Positions 36,469 through 48,968 of a DNA stretch of 64,000 nucleotides are shown piece after piece. Below the pieces are notes generated by a model. That model had not been told where the DNA came from and searched no databases. It worked only from the letters and a program-made list of their open reading frames with translations. The position numbers and the translations under genes are program-made. The DNA is from Moniliella sp. 'wahieum' (lineage: Eukaryota). The stretch lies in contig RSEE01000002.1 of assembly GCA_003971905.1 (NCBI GenBank), positions 1,116,001 to 1,180,000 of the forward strand, written 5' to 3'. Position 1 is the first letter of the stretch. Each line of letters begins with the position of its first letter.

Positions 36469-38055
36469 ATGGCCCCGGACGGCCAATTGGGGGAGAAGCC
36501 CCATCTCCCGTTCGTTGGAGAGGACGAGAAGCCGTGCGTGGGTCCTGACACGGCCGGGCCAGGGCTGCCGCACGAACCAGTGCAGCACCTCAGCTATGCC
36601 AAGTACATTTCGGACTTGGCCCAGAACTGGCCCCTCGGCTCAATCCGGGGGTTTTACAAGCCAGAGCAACTCAAGGGGAAGCTTTCCTTTGCCGGCGGCA
36701 AGCCCGCGTTGGAAACGTTCGCCTTCAAGGGCCTCACCATCTCCGTCCCCGATCGAGAGGATGGATCGACGCTCACCCAACTCACCATCCAGGACCAAGT
36801 TCTTCACGAGGCGTTGCAATATGGCTCGTCCAACGGACTTTCCATCCTGCACGAGTGGGTGGTCACCCACACCTCCCTCGCTCACAACCGACCCATCTAC
36901 GTCTCTCCCGCCCCGGGCCAGTACACCCCCCACACACCGTGGGCGGTCGCGTTTGGTGCTGGCGCCCAACATGTCATTGACAAAGTGTTCGCTACCTTGC
37001 TGAACAAAGGGGATACCATCTTGGTCGAGGCGCCCACATACCCGTGCGTCCTGCGTTCGCTGTTCCATTTGCCTTTGAAGTTTGCTAATGTTCTCGTGTA
37101 TTCTAGTGGTGTGCTTCCTTGCATTGTGACCCTGGGGGCCAACCCGCACCCTGTTCCTACAGACCAAGGGGGACTCAGCGTCGGGTTAGAGACAACCTTG
37201 ACCCACTGGCACAGCGCGCCCGAAACGATGCACAAGCGATTTCCCAAGGCCATCTATACAGTCCCGGTTGGTGGCAATCCCTCTGGTACCTCTGCCACGA
37301 CGGAGCGCAAGCGTCGCATCCTCTCTCTCGTTCGCAAATACGGCTTGCTGATCATCGAGGACGATCCCTACTACTACCTTGACTTTAGCTCGGGTTTGGG
37401 GGTGGAGGACCCGGTTACTCGGGCCCGTCCTACGTCGTATTTGGCCCTGGAGCAAGAAGACGTGGAGATCTGGGGCGACGGTCGTGTGGTGCGACTGGAC
37501 TCGTTTAGCAAGATTGTTTCGGGGGATGCGAGTCGGGTACGCGACAGGGCCCAAGCCGATCATTGATGCGCTCACCACCGTCGGCACAGCGTCCAGCATG
37601 CAACCCAATGGCCCTGCAGCGGCCATGACCGGTACGCTGCTGCAGTATTGGGGCGAGGAAGGCTTCTTGCGCTCGTGCGATCGCGCTGCTCTGTTTTACC
37701 GCACCAAGCGGGACGAGTTTGAGCAGGTGGCCAGCGCCGTGCTGCGAGACAAGCGTGGGAAGGAACTAGCCTCCTGGGTTAGCCCAGCGGCAGGCATGTT
37801 CCTCTGGCTCAAGTTGAGCTTGCCGCCTACCAAGGAGAGCGCAGAGGGCGACGCCAGGGCCTTCATCCCTTTCGCCTCGACCGCGGTGTGGTGGCCGTGC
37901 CAGGCTTCCTGTTCTTCCCCGACCAACGTACCTCGCCCTACCTCCGCGTGTCCTTCAGCCAAGTTGCCGATGCAGCAATGGCCGAACGCGGGCTGACATT
38001 GCTGAAACTCGCGATTGAAGATGCCTGGGCAGCGGCATCCCTCCCTCCCGCCTAG
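36469..38055 (+). CDS. PLP-dependent class I/II aminotransferase (Aro8 / 2-aminoadipate / kynurenine aminotransferase-like)
   Basis: SFAGGKP, ALQYGSSNG, VEAPTYP|GVL (intron 37044-37106), GNPSG, IIEDDPYYYLDF, RLDSFSK (PLP lysine), AGMFLWLK. Confidence 0.92.
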
Positions 38056-38485
38056 GCGCGGCTCCCTTCTCTTACCCTACCTCCTGCACCCCAGTTTCAT
38101 GTGTACTGGTTCTATGCATGCTCATTGTACGGCACACGGGTTCAGAGCGAGACAAAGCACAGACAAGCTGCGCTACAAACAGAGACCACAAAAAGGAAAA
38201 ATCATTATCGATCAGGAAGGTGGGGTACGACAGCGCAAAGCTCCCAATCAAATGTTCCCGGGAGCCGTGTGCATAGGAGGCCAGGAAGAGGGGTGAACAA
38301 CGCACGGGATGAACAGTCAGAGCGGGTAGTCGTAGAGGACGATGATAAGAGTAGGGAAGGGTGCGGTGCCAGGCACCTACCAGTTAACCTGGGACATTTT
38401 TTTTCGAGGAAGGGGCGGCTGAAAAGGGGGGGGAAACACTTCATAAGATCGCCCGAACCTCGTGCGACAAAAGGGCTCGCCGCCC

Positions 38486-40125
38486 TTAAGCCAACTTGGT
38501 GGCTTCAAGCTTCTGCTCCACCTCCTTGGTGGCCAGTGCGCCCGCAGGGGCCCGCCCGGCACCCCAAGCGCCCGTAGGAGCCGGCGCACGGGCCTTTGCG
38601 GGCTGAGGGGGAGCCTCCTTCGCCGGGGAGGTCTTGCTCGCCTCAGGAGCCTCCTTGCTCGGCGAGGAAGCCTTCTTGCTAGACATGGACTTCCACGGGT
38701 TGGTAGGGGGGTTCTTCCGGGCCGGCTCACTGGCACTAGCTTCCGGAGCAGCTGCGGCCTCGGAAGCCTGGCGTTCCGTACGCTGCTCCTGCTCCTGGCG
38801 ACGACGCTCTTCCAGCCGGGCAGAAATCTCCCGCTCGCGCTCGGCATTGTCCACGGGTTTGGCAGCACCAAAAGGCGACGGCTTGGAGCTATTGCTTGTC
38901 GCCTCGCTCCCACGGGGGGCAGCAGAGCTACGAGGCTGCAGCTTGAGATGCAGCCGCTCACGCGGAGCACTGGGAGCGACGGGGCTCGCGCGACGCCATT
39001 GGTCTGCCTCCTCGGCCGGCGTGGCACCAGGCGAGGTGTGCTGGCTGCTGGTGGCGACGGTCCAAGAACCCACGGCGAGGCGCCTCGGGCGCCTGGGTGG
39101 GCATCTTGGAACCAAACGCGGACCGGTCCAGCGTCACCTCGCCTTCCGTTGACCGGCCAAAGCCCATCCGACCCGGCCGCTCCGCCCGCTCGTCGGGCAC
39201 AGCGGTGTGGGTGACCTTCTGCCCAAACGCCGAGCGGTCCAGCACCACATCCCCCCGGTAGACGCGCCGTGAGAGAATTGTCGGGTGGGCGGGGCACGAG
39301 ACTCGATCGGCTTGCCGGTGCGCCAGTTCGACGCATCATCCCCCGCTTGCGGATCAAAGTCGCCCCCGCCAAACCGGTTCGAGCGGGGGAGCAGCAGCCG
39401 GGTTAAACTTGGACCCGAATCCGGCCCGCACCCCCCGACACATCCATCGAGTCAAAGCCCGATGGCCCATCGTCAAATCCACGCCCAAACCCACGCGAGG
39501 GGGTGCGCGTGCTCGTCGCTGCCGGTCCCGAACGGCGCCATTGGTCAGCACTGTCAGCAGCCGAGGAAAATCCACCCGAGTTACGCGGGGGCTCAGCGAC
39601 CGAGATGCGCACCGCGCGGCCGGTCACCACGCCACCCGTCCGGGACAGTGCATCCTGCAGCGCGTCGAGCGTGTCAAATTCGACATATCCAAAGCCCTTG
39701 CTCTTTCCGGAGAAGCCTTCGGTAACAATGCGGATCGATTTGATGGGCAACCCTTCAAAGAAGGCCTCCAAGTCGGAATCGGTCGAGTCAAAGCTCATGC
39801 TGCCTACAAAGGCAGTGAAGGGAGGCTCGGTCGGAAGCGGCACATCCGGCCGGGGCTCGCGCGGCTCACGACCCGCTGCGCCGGAGCCCCAGCCACCGAC
39901 ATCGCGGTCCTTGCGGTCGGGGGCAAAGTCGAGGCCGCTGCCGCCAAACGAGTGCTCCTGGCAGCAGGAGCAGTGGGGAGGTCAAAGCCGTCATCGGCCC
40001 AGTCCGACTTGGCGTTGGAGTTGGAGTGAGAAAGTCGTTGAGAGAGACCTTCTTGTTGCCCTTGGGTGCTGGGGGGGGGGGGGGGTCAGCGGGGAGAAGG
40101 CGCAGAAGGGGGGCGCACGTACCAT
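38486..40125 (-). CDS. TIF3: Translation initiation factor eIF4B
   Basis: ATG, then an intron, then PKGNKKVSLNDFL..DWADD. RRM PLPTEPPFTAFVGSMSF..KGFGYVEF; repeated A..ADQWRR; LKLQPRS; KPSPFGAAKPVDNAERER. Confidence 0.9.
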
Positions 40126-41188
40126 GATGGTGGAGGATGGCGAAGGACGGGCGGCGTGCGCTGCAATTTTTTTTCTTTCTCTTCTGCCGCGGCCGGCACG
40201 TGGCGGGCGGCGAGCATCGAGCACCCGCCGACTGCGGCCCCGCCCAACCCTAGCACCACACCGCCTCGTGTGTGCAACTTTCAAGTGCCAGCACCTGCCG
40301 TTCCGGGTGCGTTGTTCTGTGGGAGCGCAGCCGCAGGCACGATAGCAGCCATCACGTGCATCACGGCCGCTTACGCGTTACCGAGCACTGGTACTGACCG
40401 ATCAACCACACGGAGGGTGCTGAGGATCCCCAGCTACACCGGTTCTTATCGACCCATAGGACGCAGTGCTGAGGAAGGAGGAGAACGGTGGATGTGGTTC
40501 TGAGGAGAGGAACAGGAGCGGGGAGAGAAGGGTAGGGCCCTGTATAGCCAAGGGTACGGCGGAGCAGAGGGAGCGTCCGGGCGGATAAGAGGGGTGGATG
40601 CCTATCACACGCAGGGCACTTCAGGTAGTAGTGCCCACCCGACCAGAGGATGCGTTCCCAATGCACTCTGTGCTGAGGCTCAGCGATGAACTCATCTCCC
40701 TTGCTCGCCACACTCCCGTCTGAAGGGTGCTCGCGGCTTGCTTCCTCTGTACAGTCAGTATACACAGTGTCACCACTGCATCATCATGACGTCTGCATTA
40801 CTCATGTGGAACATGAGGCAGAGGGCCCGTTTGGCCTCAGGGTAGCCATGGGCCGTATCTCCCATCCACCCTACCGCGTAACACCGTTGAATTCGAAAGC
40901 CTCATGGCCGTGCCTCAGCCCGAGTCCTCACCGCAGCCCGCGTTGTTGACCATGGTGCATAGATCGAGACTCAGGCTGGCCCCATCCTACCTACTATGAT
41001 GTAACGCGGTGGAAGGGTCGTTATTAGGTGAACGACCACAATAGCTGTAGGTGCTCTGATATATAAAGGAGAGAGAGAACCGCGACTGTTGGGCAAGAGG
41101 CCACAATCGTTTTGTATACTTTGTTCCTTCTGCCTCCCATCACCCACCACATCTACCTCGCACTTCCAAGCGCCTAACCGAACGCGTT

Positions 41189-41482
41189 ATGAAAACCATG
41201 ACCTCCTTCGCCTTCCGACGCGGCGCTACTCCCATCACACCCCTGCGCTCACGGACCCTACACACCTCTTCGATCCGTTGGGCTGAGGAGGGCATTCCAG
41301 GCGGCCCTATTCCTCCTTCCCCTTCGTCGAACACGGCTACACTACCAAGCATGCTCTCATTGCGGGGATCTCCTTGTTGCGGTCGGAACTGGCGTTTTCC
41401 TTGGAACCAAGAAGGATACCAAAGAGGAAGTCCTTGGGGTCACCCGGAAGAGAAAATGGGCAAGCCCCATGTGGCCGAGTAA
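41189..41482 (+). CDS. Small putative mitochondrial protein (presequence plus one hydrophobic segment), frameshifted
   Basis: TATA-like ATATATAAAG at about 41059. N-terminus MTSFAFRRGATPITPLRSRTLHTSSIRW is Arg/Ser/Thr-rich and acid-free with an R-x-L-H-T-S cleavage-like motif. A shifted frame gives VAVGTGVFLGTKK. Confidence 0.45.
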   Translation: MKTMTSFAFRRGATPITPLRSRTLHTSSIRWAEEGIPGGPIPPSPSSNTATLPSMLSLRGSPCCGRNWRFPWNQEGYQRGSPWGHPEEKMGKPHVAE

Positions 41483-41846
41483 CCCTCTCTCAACTGCTCA
41501 TTCCCCATGCCTGCAAGACCTGCTTGAGGAATCTATCTTCCTGCTTTCCGGGTTGTACCCCCCTACCTTTTTGCCGTTCATTGAACATCATTCTCCGTTC
41601 GAACCAGACTATACAATTGGACCATCACTGGGTCATACATACTAGCCATTTGGAAGGAAACGAGTTATTAGGTTGATAACCGCCAGATGAGGTCAATGAG
41701 ATTCATGCAGTGGAGTGGAGTGTGCGAGAAAATTGGTATACATCTATTTTTCGGGGGGAGGCCAGACAGCCAGCTCATATGCGTCACCTTGGACGTCCAG
41801 TTGGGCATTGGTGTCGGCCCACTGCATCCAATGTTCCTCCTGCTCA

Positions 41847-43530
41847 CTAATCGGGGAACGGGTTCTCGACGAGAGGAAGTGGTTCCGCTTGAGCGTTGCG
41901 CAACACCTCTTCCCATGGAGCCAGGTCAGGCGATTGCAGAAAGATCGACCGGGCAGTTTGAACCTGAGCAAAGTAGGTTTCCCATGATCCCGACCCCACT
42001 GGGATGCCGGTCCTTGGCTTGCCAGTTTTGCGATAGGCCGCTACCAACCCTTCGATGGAGCCATAGGTGCGAAGAGCGTCGAGAGCTCGTTTGGGACCTA
42101 TGCCAGGCAAAGTGGGACAAAAATCCGAACCGCACAGAATGGCAAAATCGATCATCTTGTCGCGCGAAGCAGCTTGCTGTGCTTCCGACTCTTCAGGAGG
42201 CTGGGATTCAACTTCAGGAAGATCGACCATGCCACTCATGCCCGCCATGAGCCAGGCGTCGTCCACCACCTCCTCCACTGGGGCAGGCGAGGAGGGAAAG
42301 AGACGTTTTCGTACCTCGGACGAATGCACCACCTCGCGCGGGATCCTTTCAGCCGGAGAAGGGGCGCACCATAGACGACCACATCGCTATCCTCACTCAG
42401 TACGAAGTCGGACCAGCCTCGGTGTACGAGGGCACTAGCGAGCGCTTCGGCCTCCACCAAAGAAGACGTTTCCTCCGACATACGAAGCACAGGCACCTTG
42501 TATCGCTCACACAGGAGCAGCGTCTCCTGGACCAGTTGACTCATGGGTGGGGTGCGACGAAGCATGTACTGTTTCTGCAATAGATCACTTTCCTGTTGCA
42601 GAAAGCGGATCTCATCCCGAGCCCGGGCTAGCTTAGGCGCGTCCTTGAGGGCGGTAGATTGTTCAAGTGATTCAGACGAAAGGAAAGGACCGACGGTCGG
42701 CGGCAATCGGGCATCATTGGAGGGATATCCGGGCGTTGAATCGAAAGGGGGAGCGATAGGGGCGTTCGGGGCTGGGGTATCGGAAAAAAGGTGATCTAAA
42801 ATGTCCTTTTCCGCCTCTGTCATCGCTGTTTGGGTGTGGGTCTCGGTCATCCCCCGCGGAGGGGGGGTGGGGCAGGAACGGAAGGAGGGCCTGGTGTCAT
42901 TGGGAGATCAGGCTCAGCAACTTCTCCGGGCTCGTTGACTTCTGGAGTTGATGGTTGTTGTTTCTGCAATGCAATCCGAACATCGTCAAGTGTGGTGGCA
43001 TTTGCAAGTTGCTCGTGGAGCTTCTGTAACCGGGAGGTGCGGTCTTGTTCCACCTTGGCCCGGAAAATGGCAAGAGCACGAAGGTGGCTTCGTCGCTCTA
43101 CTTCGATGGTCTTTGCGGCTATTTTGCGTTTTGGGTCGTCAAGCACAAGTGTGGTGCGAATCGAATGAGAAAGGAGACTGCGCAGCAGTTGAGAAAAGAG
43201 AGTGCGGTAGTAGTCAAGGACAGTGCGTGGCTCGTGTTGCCTGACAGCCCAGAGTGGATCAGAGGGGTCAAGTGAAGAAGCGGGAGAGGAGGAGAGTGCC
43301 TTTTCCCGCAAAATGCCCAGGGTTAATTCCTCCTCCCGTTCGGTTTGGCGTGGGCGTGGGGTGGTAGCGGCGTAGGCGAGGCGCAGGATTGTAAGTGTGC
43401 CATCGATGGCTACACGGCGTCCCGCGATGGCAGCCAAGCCGCGAGGAAGGGGCTCGATGACGCCCGGACACAATTCACGCAGTGTGGGGAAGAGCCGTTT
43501 GACCCCTGCAACCAGCTGCGATGCTCGCAT
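41847..43530 (-). CDS. FEN1/XPG (Rad2) family PIN-domain nuclease with long N/I spacer
   Basis: N-domain GVKRLFPTL..GRRVAIDGTL; I-domain EAEALASAL..VLSEDSDVVVYG; H3TH FAILCGSDFCPTLPGIGPKRALDALRTYGSIE. Confidence 0.88.
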
Positions 43531-43870
43531 GGTGGTGGGTGGGCGCAGCAAAGGGGGTGGGTGCAGCAAAGAGGGCCAGGCTAACCTAGACGCGCTCTCT
43601 ATACCCAGTACCCACCAGAATCCATCCACTGGTCATTTAAATTGCAGACGCGTGGCCGATTCCACACATTAAATTCCGCCCTTAAAGGTAAGGCCTTGAG
43701 GCCTTGAGGCCTTAACCCTTAACCCTTAAACCTCTTGAACTTTTAACCACCTCTGGTTGTAATACCTTTTGATCACCTACACCACCACCTACTACACACC
43801 TATGTCATGCCCGTCACGCCAGATGATGCAGTGTCCATACGCTGTACATTTCCTACTACCAAGCCCGTAC

Positions 43871-45442
43871 TTAATTGGACGGCTTGTAGTCGAACTCAAT
43901 CGCCTGCGCAATGCGCACTGGAATGTCCGGGTGGACACGTCCAAAGACGTCAAGCGTACGCTGCTTGATCTCAGCTGACTTGCACTGGCCAATGTGGCCA
44001 GAGACATTGTCGATAAAGTGCTGCTTGGCCGTGTCGTCGAACACACGCGTCCACAGCTCACGTGGCTGCTCAAAGTCTAAGTCGCTCACTTGCGAGAGGA
44101 AGTTTTGCACGCCACCCAACAGCTTCACCTCGTGCGCAGCCGACACAGTCGAGCGCGTCGTGTACTGCAGCGGACGAATGGTCGATTGGTAGTTGGGACG
44201 CGCACCTTGGTTGCCATTGACTGTCATAAACCCATCTCGCTGGAAGTTGGCGACGGGAACCAGCGGGGCATTGACAGGGATCTGTTGGTAGTTGACGCCA
44301 AGGCGGTGACGGTGTGTGTCGGGGTACGAGAAGAGACGGCTCTGTAGAACAGGGTCCATCGATGGCTCGAATCCAGGAACTGTGTGAGAGGGCGAGAAGG
44401 CGGCCTGCTCAATCTCAGCAAAGTAGTTTTCTGGGTTCTTGTTCAACACGATCTTGCCAACCGGGCGGAGCGGGAACTCTGGGGGGGCAGACTTGTCAGT
44501 TTCCACATACAAGGCGCAATTGTGAAGTGCAGGAAGGGTATAGGCACATACCCTTGTGCGGCCAGACCTTGGTCAAGTCAAAGACAGAGTAACGGAACTT
44601 CTCCGCCTGCTCTTGAGTCATGACTTGGACAAAGACATTCCAGGTAGGGTAATCACCCGCCTCGATCTGCTTGAACAGCTTCTCAATACCATAATCGGGG
44701 TTCTCCCCGGCCAGACGTGCGGCAGTGGGCCCGTCAAGGGTCTTGAATTCGGGCGCACGAATGTGGATCTGAACATAGACAAACTCGTTTTATCATTCAC
44801 CAACTTGTACGTGTGGCCCGAGTAGCCGTGCTGGTCCGTAAACCCGTCGGGCGTGCCGCGGTCCGAGTAAAGAATCATCAGCTGGTGGAACGCCTCTGGG
44901 TTCTGGCTGAGGTAGTCCCAGGTCATGTCGGCATCCTTAAGGTGGGTCTGCGGGTCCCGCTTCTGCGTGTGAATAAAGTGCGGGAACTTGGCGGGGTCGC
45001 GGATAAAGAAGACGGGGGTGTTGTTAAAGACCCAATCCAAGTTGCCTTCCTGCGTGCGAATTTTGACGGCAAATCCGCGCGGATCACGGGCTGTGTCAGG
45101 TGAGCCCGACTCACCGCCGACGGTCGAGAACCGCATGGTCACTGGCGACTTGGTACCCTTCTTGAAGACAGAAGCGAGCGAAAGGTCTGAAATGTCATGG
45201 GTCGCTTCGAAAAACCCATGGGCGCCCGCACCCTTGGCATGCACAACCCGCTCGGGAATACGCTCCCGGTCAAAGTGCGCAAGGAGATCGATGTGGTGGA
45301 AGTCCTGCAGAGCCAAAACGTGGCCCAGACCATCGGTAGCAGCGACACCCTGTGCCTCGTAAGGCACAGGGTACGGACGCCCATTGGAGGTAGTGTATTG
45401 CACCTTTTCGGGGCCTGCGTTGAAGACTTCCTGGGACGGCAT
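43871..45442 (-). CDS. Monofunctional small-subunit heme catalase
   Basis: [20 protein letters not shown] (distal His), [42 protein letters not shown] (proximal Tyr). Intron 44479-44551. Confidence 0.97.
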
Positions 45443-47278
45443 GGCTAGTGATTGCTGGGACAGCTGGTGTGGGGAGGAGGGAAGGCTGGGGTGGTGGGGG
45501 GAGGGGAACCAAGGAGAGGCGATGGATAAATACGCGAGCGTGAGGGCGGCCAGCGCGGGGGGCGGAAGGGGCAGCTGGGGCCTGCTGGGGCAGCCTGTGG
45601 TCCCCGTCGCATCGAACGTCCTCTTCGGTGGCGGCCGGGCCACGGCGACTACGAAGATCTAAGATCTGCGCGGGCCATCGTCCCCCCCAGATCGACGTCC
45701 GCATGGGCCAATGGTGAGCATTGGTCAGCGGCACAGTGCTGTGGTGCTGCATCCTCTGGCGTCGGCCACCGCCTGGCGCCGCAGGGTATAGGTCCACCGA
45801 GTTCATCGCCGGCACGAAGACGTACGCATCATCACCCACCACATCTCAGGCACCATGCGTCAGCATCCCCGATACCAACGCCCAGTCGCCGACAGCCAGA
45901 GGCACAGGGCCAGTGTTTCGTCCAATGACGTCACAGGTCGCCGTTCTGTTTTATAGATTACCGGTCACCGCGCACGCTTTTTTGACCGTCGAATCCAAGT
46001 CGGGCATAGGATCGGCTGGGGTATGGTTTGGCCTTTCTCTTCCTTTCTTGTGGAACTGATGCACTGGCGTCAGCAAGGGCTAGGGTACGCGCAGCAGCAG
46101 TTGGATGTCCGAGTCCACAGAATGTCATGTTCGTTCGCCGCCATCGCCGCCCTGAAGCGCGTATATGCCCCGATACTGTGGTGGGGAGAGTATATAATTA
46201 GGAACCCCCCGTTCCTCTCGTGTCCCCGGGGGAACGCCGCGCCCCAAGTGATTCCTTGGGAGAAAGTCGCCGACACAACGCGTAACTGGGGAACTTCGAT
46301 ATTGATGTGATGTTCAATGTGTTGAAAAGGTTCCAACGTATTGCGGTACCTCACACGGAAAACAAAACACAGAGAACAGACAAAACAGAACAGAGAAAGA
46401 GCTTCAAACAAGCTTATGAGAGGCTAAAACTAAAGTTATACCATGCCTGCTTTCAGCGATCGCAACATTCGATCGATCGATATGTTTGAGAAAAGGCGAA
46501 GAGAAACTGGATGATTCTCATGATTATATTAGTCACCAAGTATACTCCTTTCTTACCTTAGGCCTTAGGCCTTACCCGTTTACCCTTTCAATCTGTCACG
46601 GGCTGCGGGGGACATGGGACATGAGATGGTCCGACCCAAGCTAAGGCCCGCCTGCTCCGCACATGCCCAGTAGAGCGTGCACCGCAGGCCAACCAAGTGT
46701 GATGATGGTTGGCTAAATTAAGTATCGTGGCCGAAGGGCCATGCTCAGCGCGACAATAGTCGCCCCCCCGCCCAAGTCCAAGTCGGCCGGCCTAAATAAG
46801 GCCACCGAGCTTCCAGTGCCGTGGCGGCGTCTGCCGTCCCGTCCCCGTTTCCGTTTCCTTTCTCGGTCGCGCCTGCGGCGACCAACCCCGCTTTGACATG
46901 TTTTCCTTTCTACACCCCCTCTTGTATCCGTTTCCCTTTTGATCCTGCCTGTACCCCTGGTTGATGGGGATCTTTTCCCCCACCTTCCATTCTCGTCTCC
47001 ACTCTCGTCATCCTTTCGTCCTTTCCCGCCTATCCTGTCCGACTCCTGCCCGTTTTCCAGCCAATTGATCCAGTACAGGCAGCTCCTCTTGTTAGCGTCC
47101 GTCATCTCCTCCGACCTCGTCCTCCAGCCATTCGTCAGTCCAGTCGCGCGAGCCCTCCTTTGGTCGCGTCGATTCCCAGTCTCAGTTGAGGCAGTGTTTG
47201 TCCCCTTCTGCCTCCTCCCGTCCCTAAGTCCCGGAGGCTTCAGACACGTTACTACGGCCCAAGCCGGTGCAGACGCAG

Positions 47279-47296
47279 CTAACCCTAACCCCTAAA
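47279..47296 (+). repeat. Telomere-like motif CTAACCCTAACCCCTAAA
   Basis: Seen directly; about three degenerate CCCTAA units at an internal position. Confidence 0.7.
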
Positions 47297-48968
47297 GTAG
47301 CCGCCCCACCAAAGGCCTCTCCTCGTCCCTAGCTCCGCTCGGATACACCAACCAGCCCAAGCCCGAAACTACCGTGAGTCGACCTACCGTCGCCTAAGGG
47401 ATTGTACCCCAAAAAACCACAGGGCGGGCCCCCTGGCGGCGCCCGCCCGTGACACAATCCGATGGCGAGAGACCTCGGGTATATATGTTGAACGTCGTTG
47501 AGAACAAGAGGTTGCGCGCCTGCTATCCATTCAGGTCCAAAAGGCACCACATGTGGCAGCCATATACATCAGAGGGCGTCCACGCTTTCGATCAACAAAT
47601 GCATGTGTGTGTGTTGTAGGAAGTGGGCACTCACTTTTTTGTAGGCATCAGGACGAATGGGGTGGTACATCGATCATTTGCGGAAGATGATGACGAAAGA
47701 TTTTATACGAAAGAGAAGCTTATCCCTCATCTTTACGACTTGATCTTTGTTTTTGTGAGAGAGAAAAGGCGCATACGCTGACAGGTCATATAACATGCAC
47801 ACATATCCACCGACTGAGCGTATGACCGTGTTCTAGATCTTCCTTTTGAGGCCCCTTTGTGCATTTTCGTTTACCGTGTGATTGCTTCTCCTTTTCCTCT
47901 GTGGTATAGAAGACACCATTCCATGCAGCCGGAATGAATACCATCGGCATACAAAGCAATCCCCTTCCTACATACACTTGTTCGATGGAAAATATATAGT
48001 CCACTCCCAAATCGTTTCTCTCTCTCGTGCGTTATTGCAAACACACAAAAACGAAATTTCTCGACCTGATGGGTTGGTATGGTTTGAAGTGAGCTCTCAT
48101 TGAGCATTGGGCGCCCGTCGGGACAAAACACTGATGCCTTCCTCACCCCATATTCATCCTTAGAAACGCCTTTTCTTTACCGTCCCCCACTGCTAATAGA
48201 ATCGCGTCGGTTCGACGGATTTTAAAGAGACGTGATGGGATCCTACAGGAGAAAAAGGATCAAGCATGGGCGCCTGGAATTTATGATTGAATCTATCACA
48301 CTAGCGAGAACATAGATGCCACTACCGTCGCATACTCGGTTGTACCCATCATCGTGCTTCATTTTCTGTGTGAGACGGCCATCAACTGGCCAAAACCACA
48401 CTTTATTTTATGGGAGAGAGCCAAGTAACGCGCAGCTTTAATAGTTCGTCGGCGGACACACGCAAGTAATGGGTGTGATTTCCTGTTGTGACTAGTTCAA
48501 GAGGCTGTTCCTCTCCCGTCTTCCAGCGATACAAACAGTGGTACGGAGAGGAAGAGACCCCTCTCGGCATGGCCAACCGCACAGCCTCTCTCTGGCATGC
48601 GGGAAGCGGCAGAAGCGAAAACAGATAAAGGAGCGGCGGAGCGGGTGCGCGTACGTAACCGGCACGGCCTTTTGCAATTTCAACAGGGATGGGCAGCCAG
48701 CGCACAGGGTGGCTTCGAGGCTGCACGTACCAGCCCAGTACCAGCCCAGTCTGCGTGGCCGGACCATCCGCTCTGGCACCACACCGCCACCCTCTCCTCC
48801 GCCTACGCCGCCGGCTTCAAGCCAAGCTCCACCCTCTCTCGCCCCCCTCCCGCCGCCTCGAGCGTCGCTGGTGGCGTGTGGAGCTGCGAGTCCAACGAGT
48901 CTCCATCTATTGCGCACGCCGCCCGGTCCTGAGCTCCAGGATCTGTGCTGAGATTGAGAGCAGCCACC

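Noticed and set aside
40996..41060. Possible C/D snoRNA (ATGATGT...CTGA)
   Set aside because: Imperfect C box, no terminal stem, and no rRNA guide that I could recognise.
47500..48570. Possible short-intron protein gene (fragment GIRTNGVVHRSFAEDDDERFYTKEKLIPHLYDLIF)
   Set aside because: The implied introns are very short and no coherent ORF or family emerged. Kept only as an alternative to the ncRNA hypothesis.
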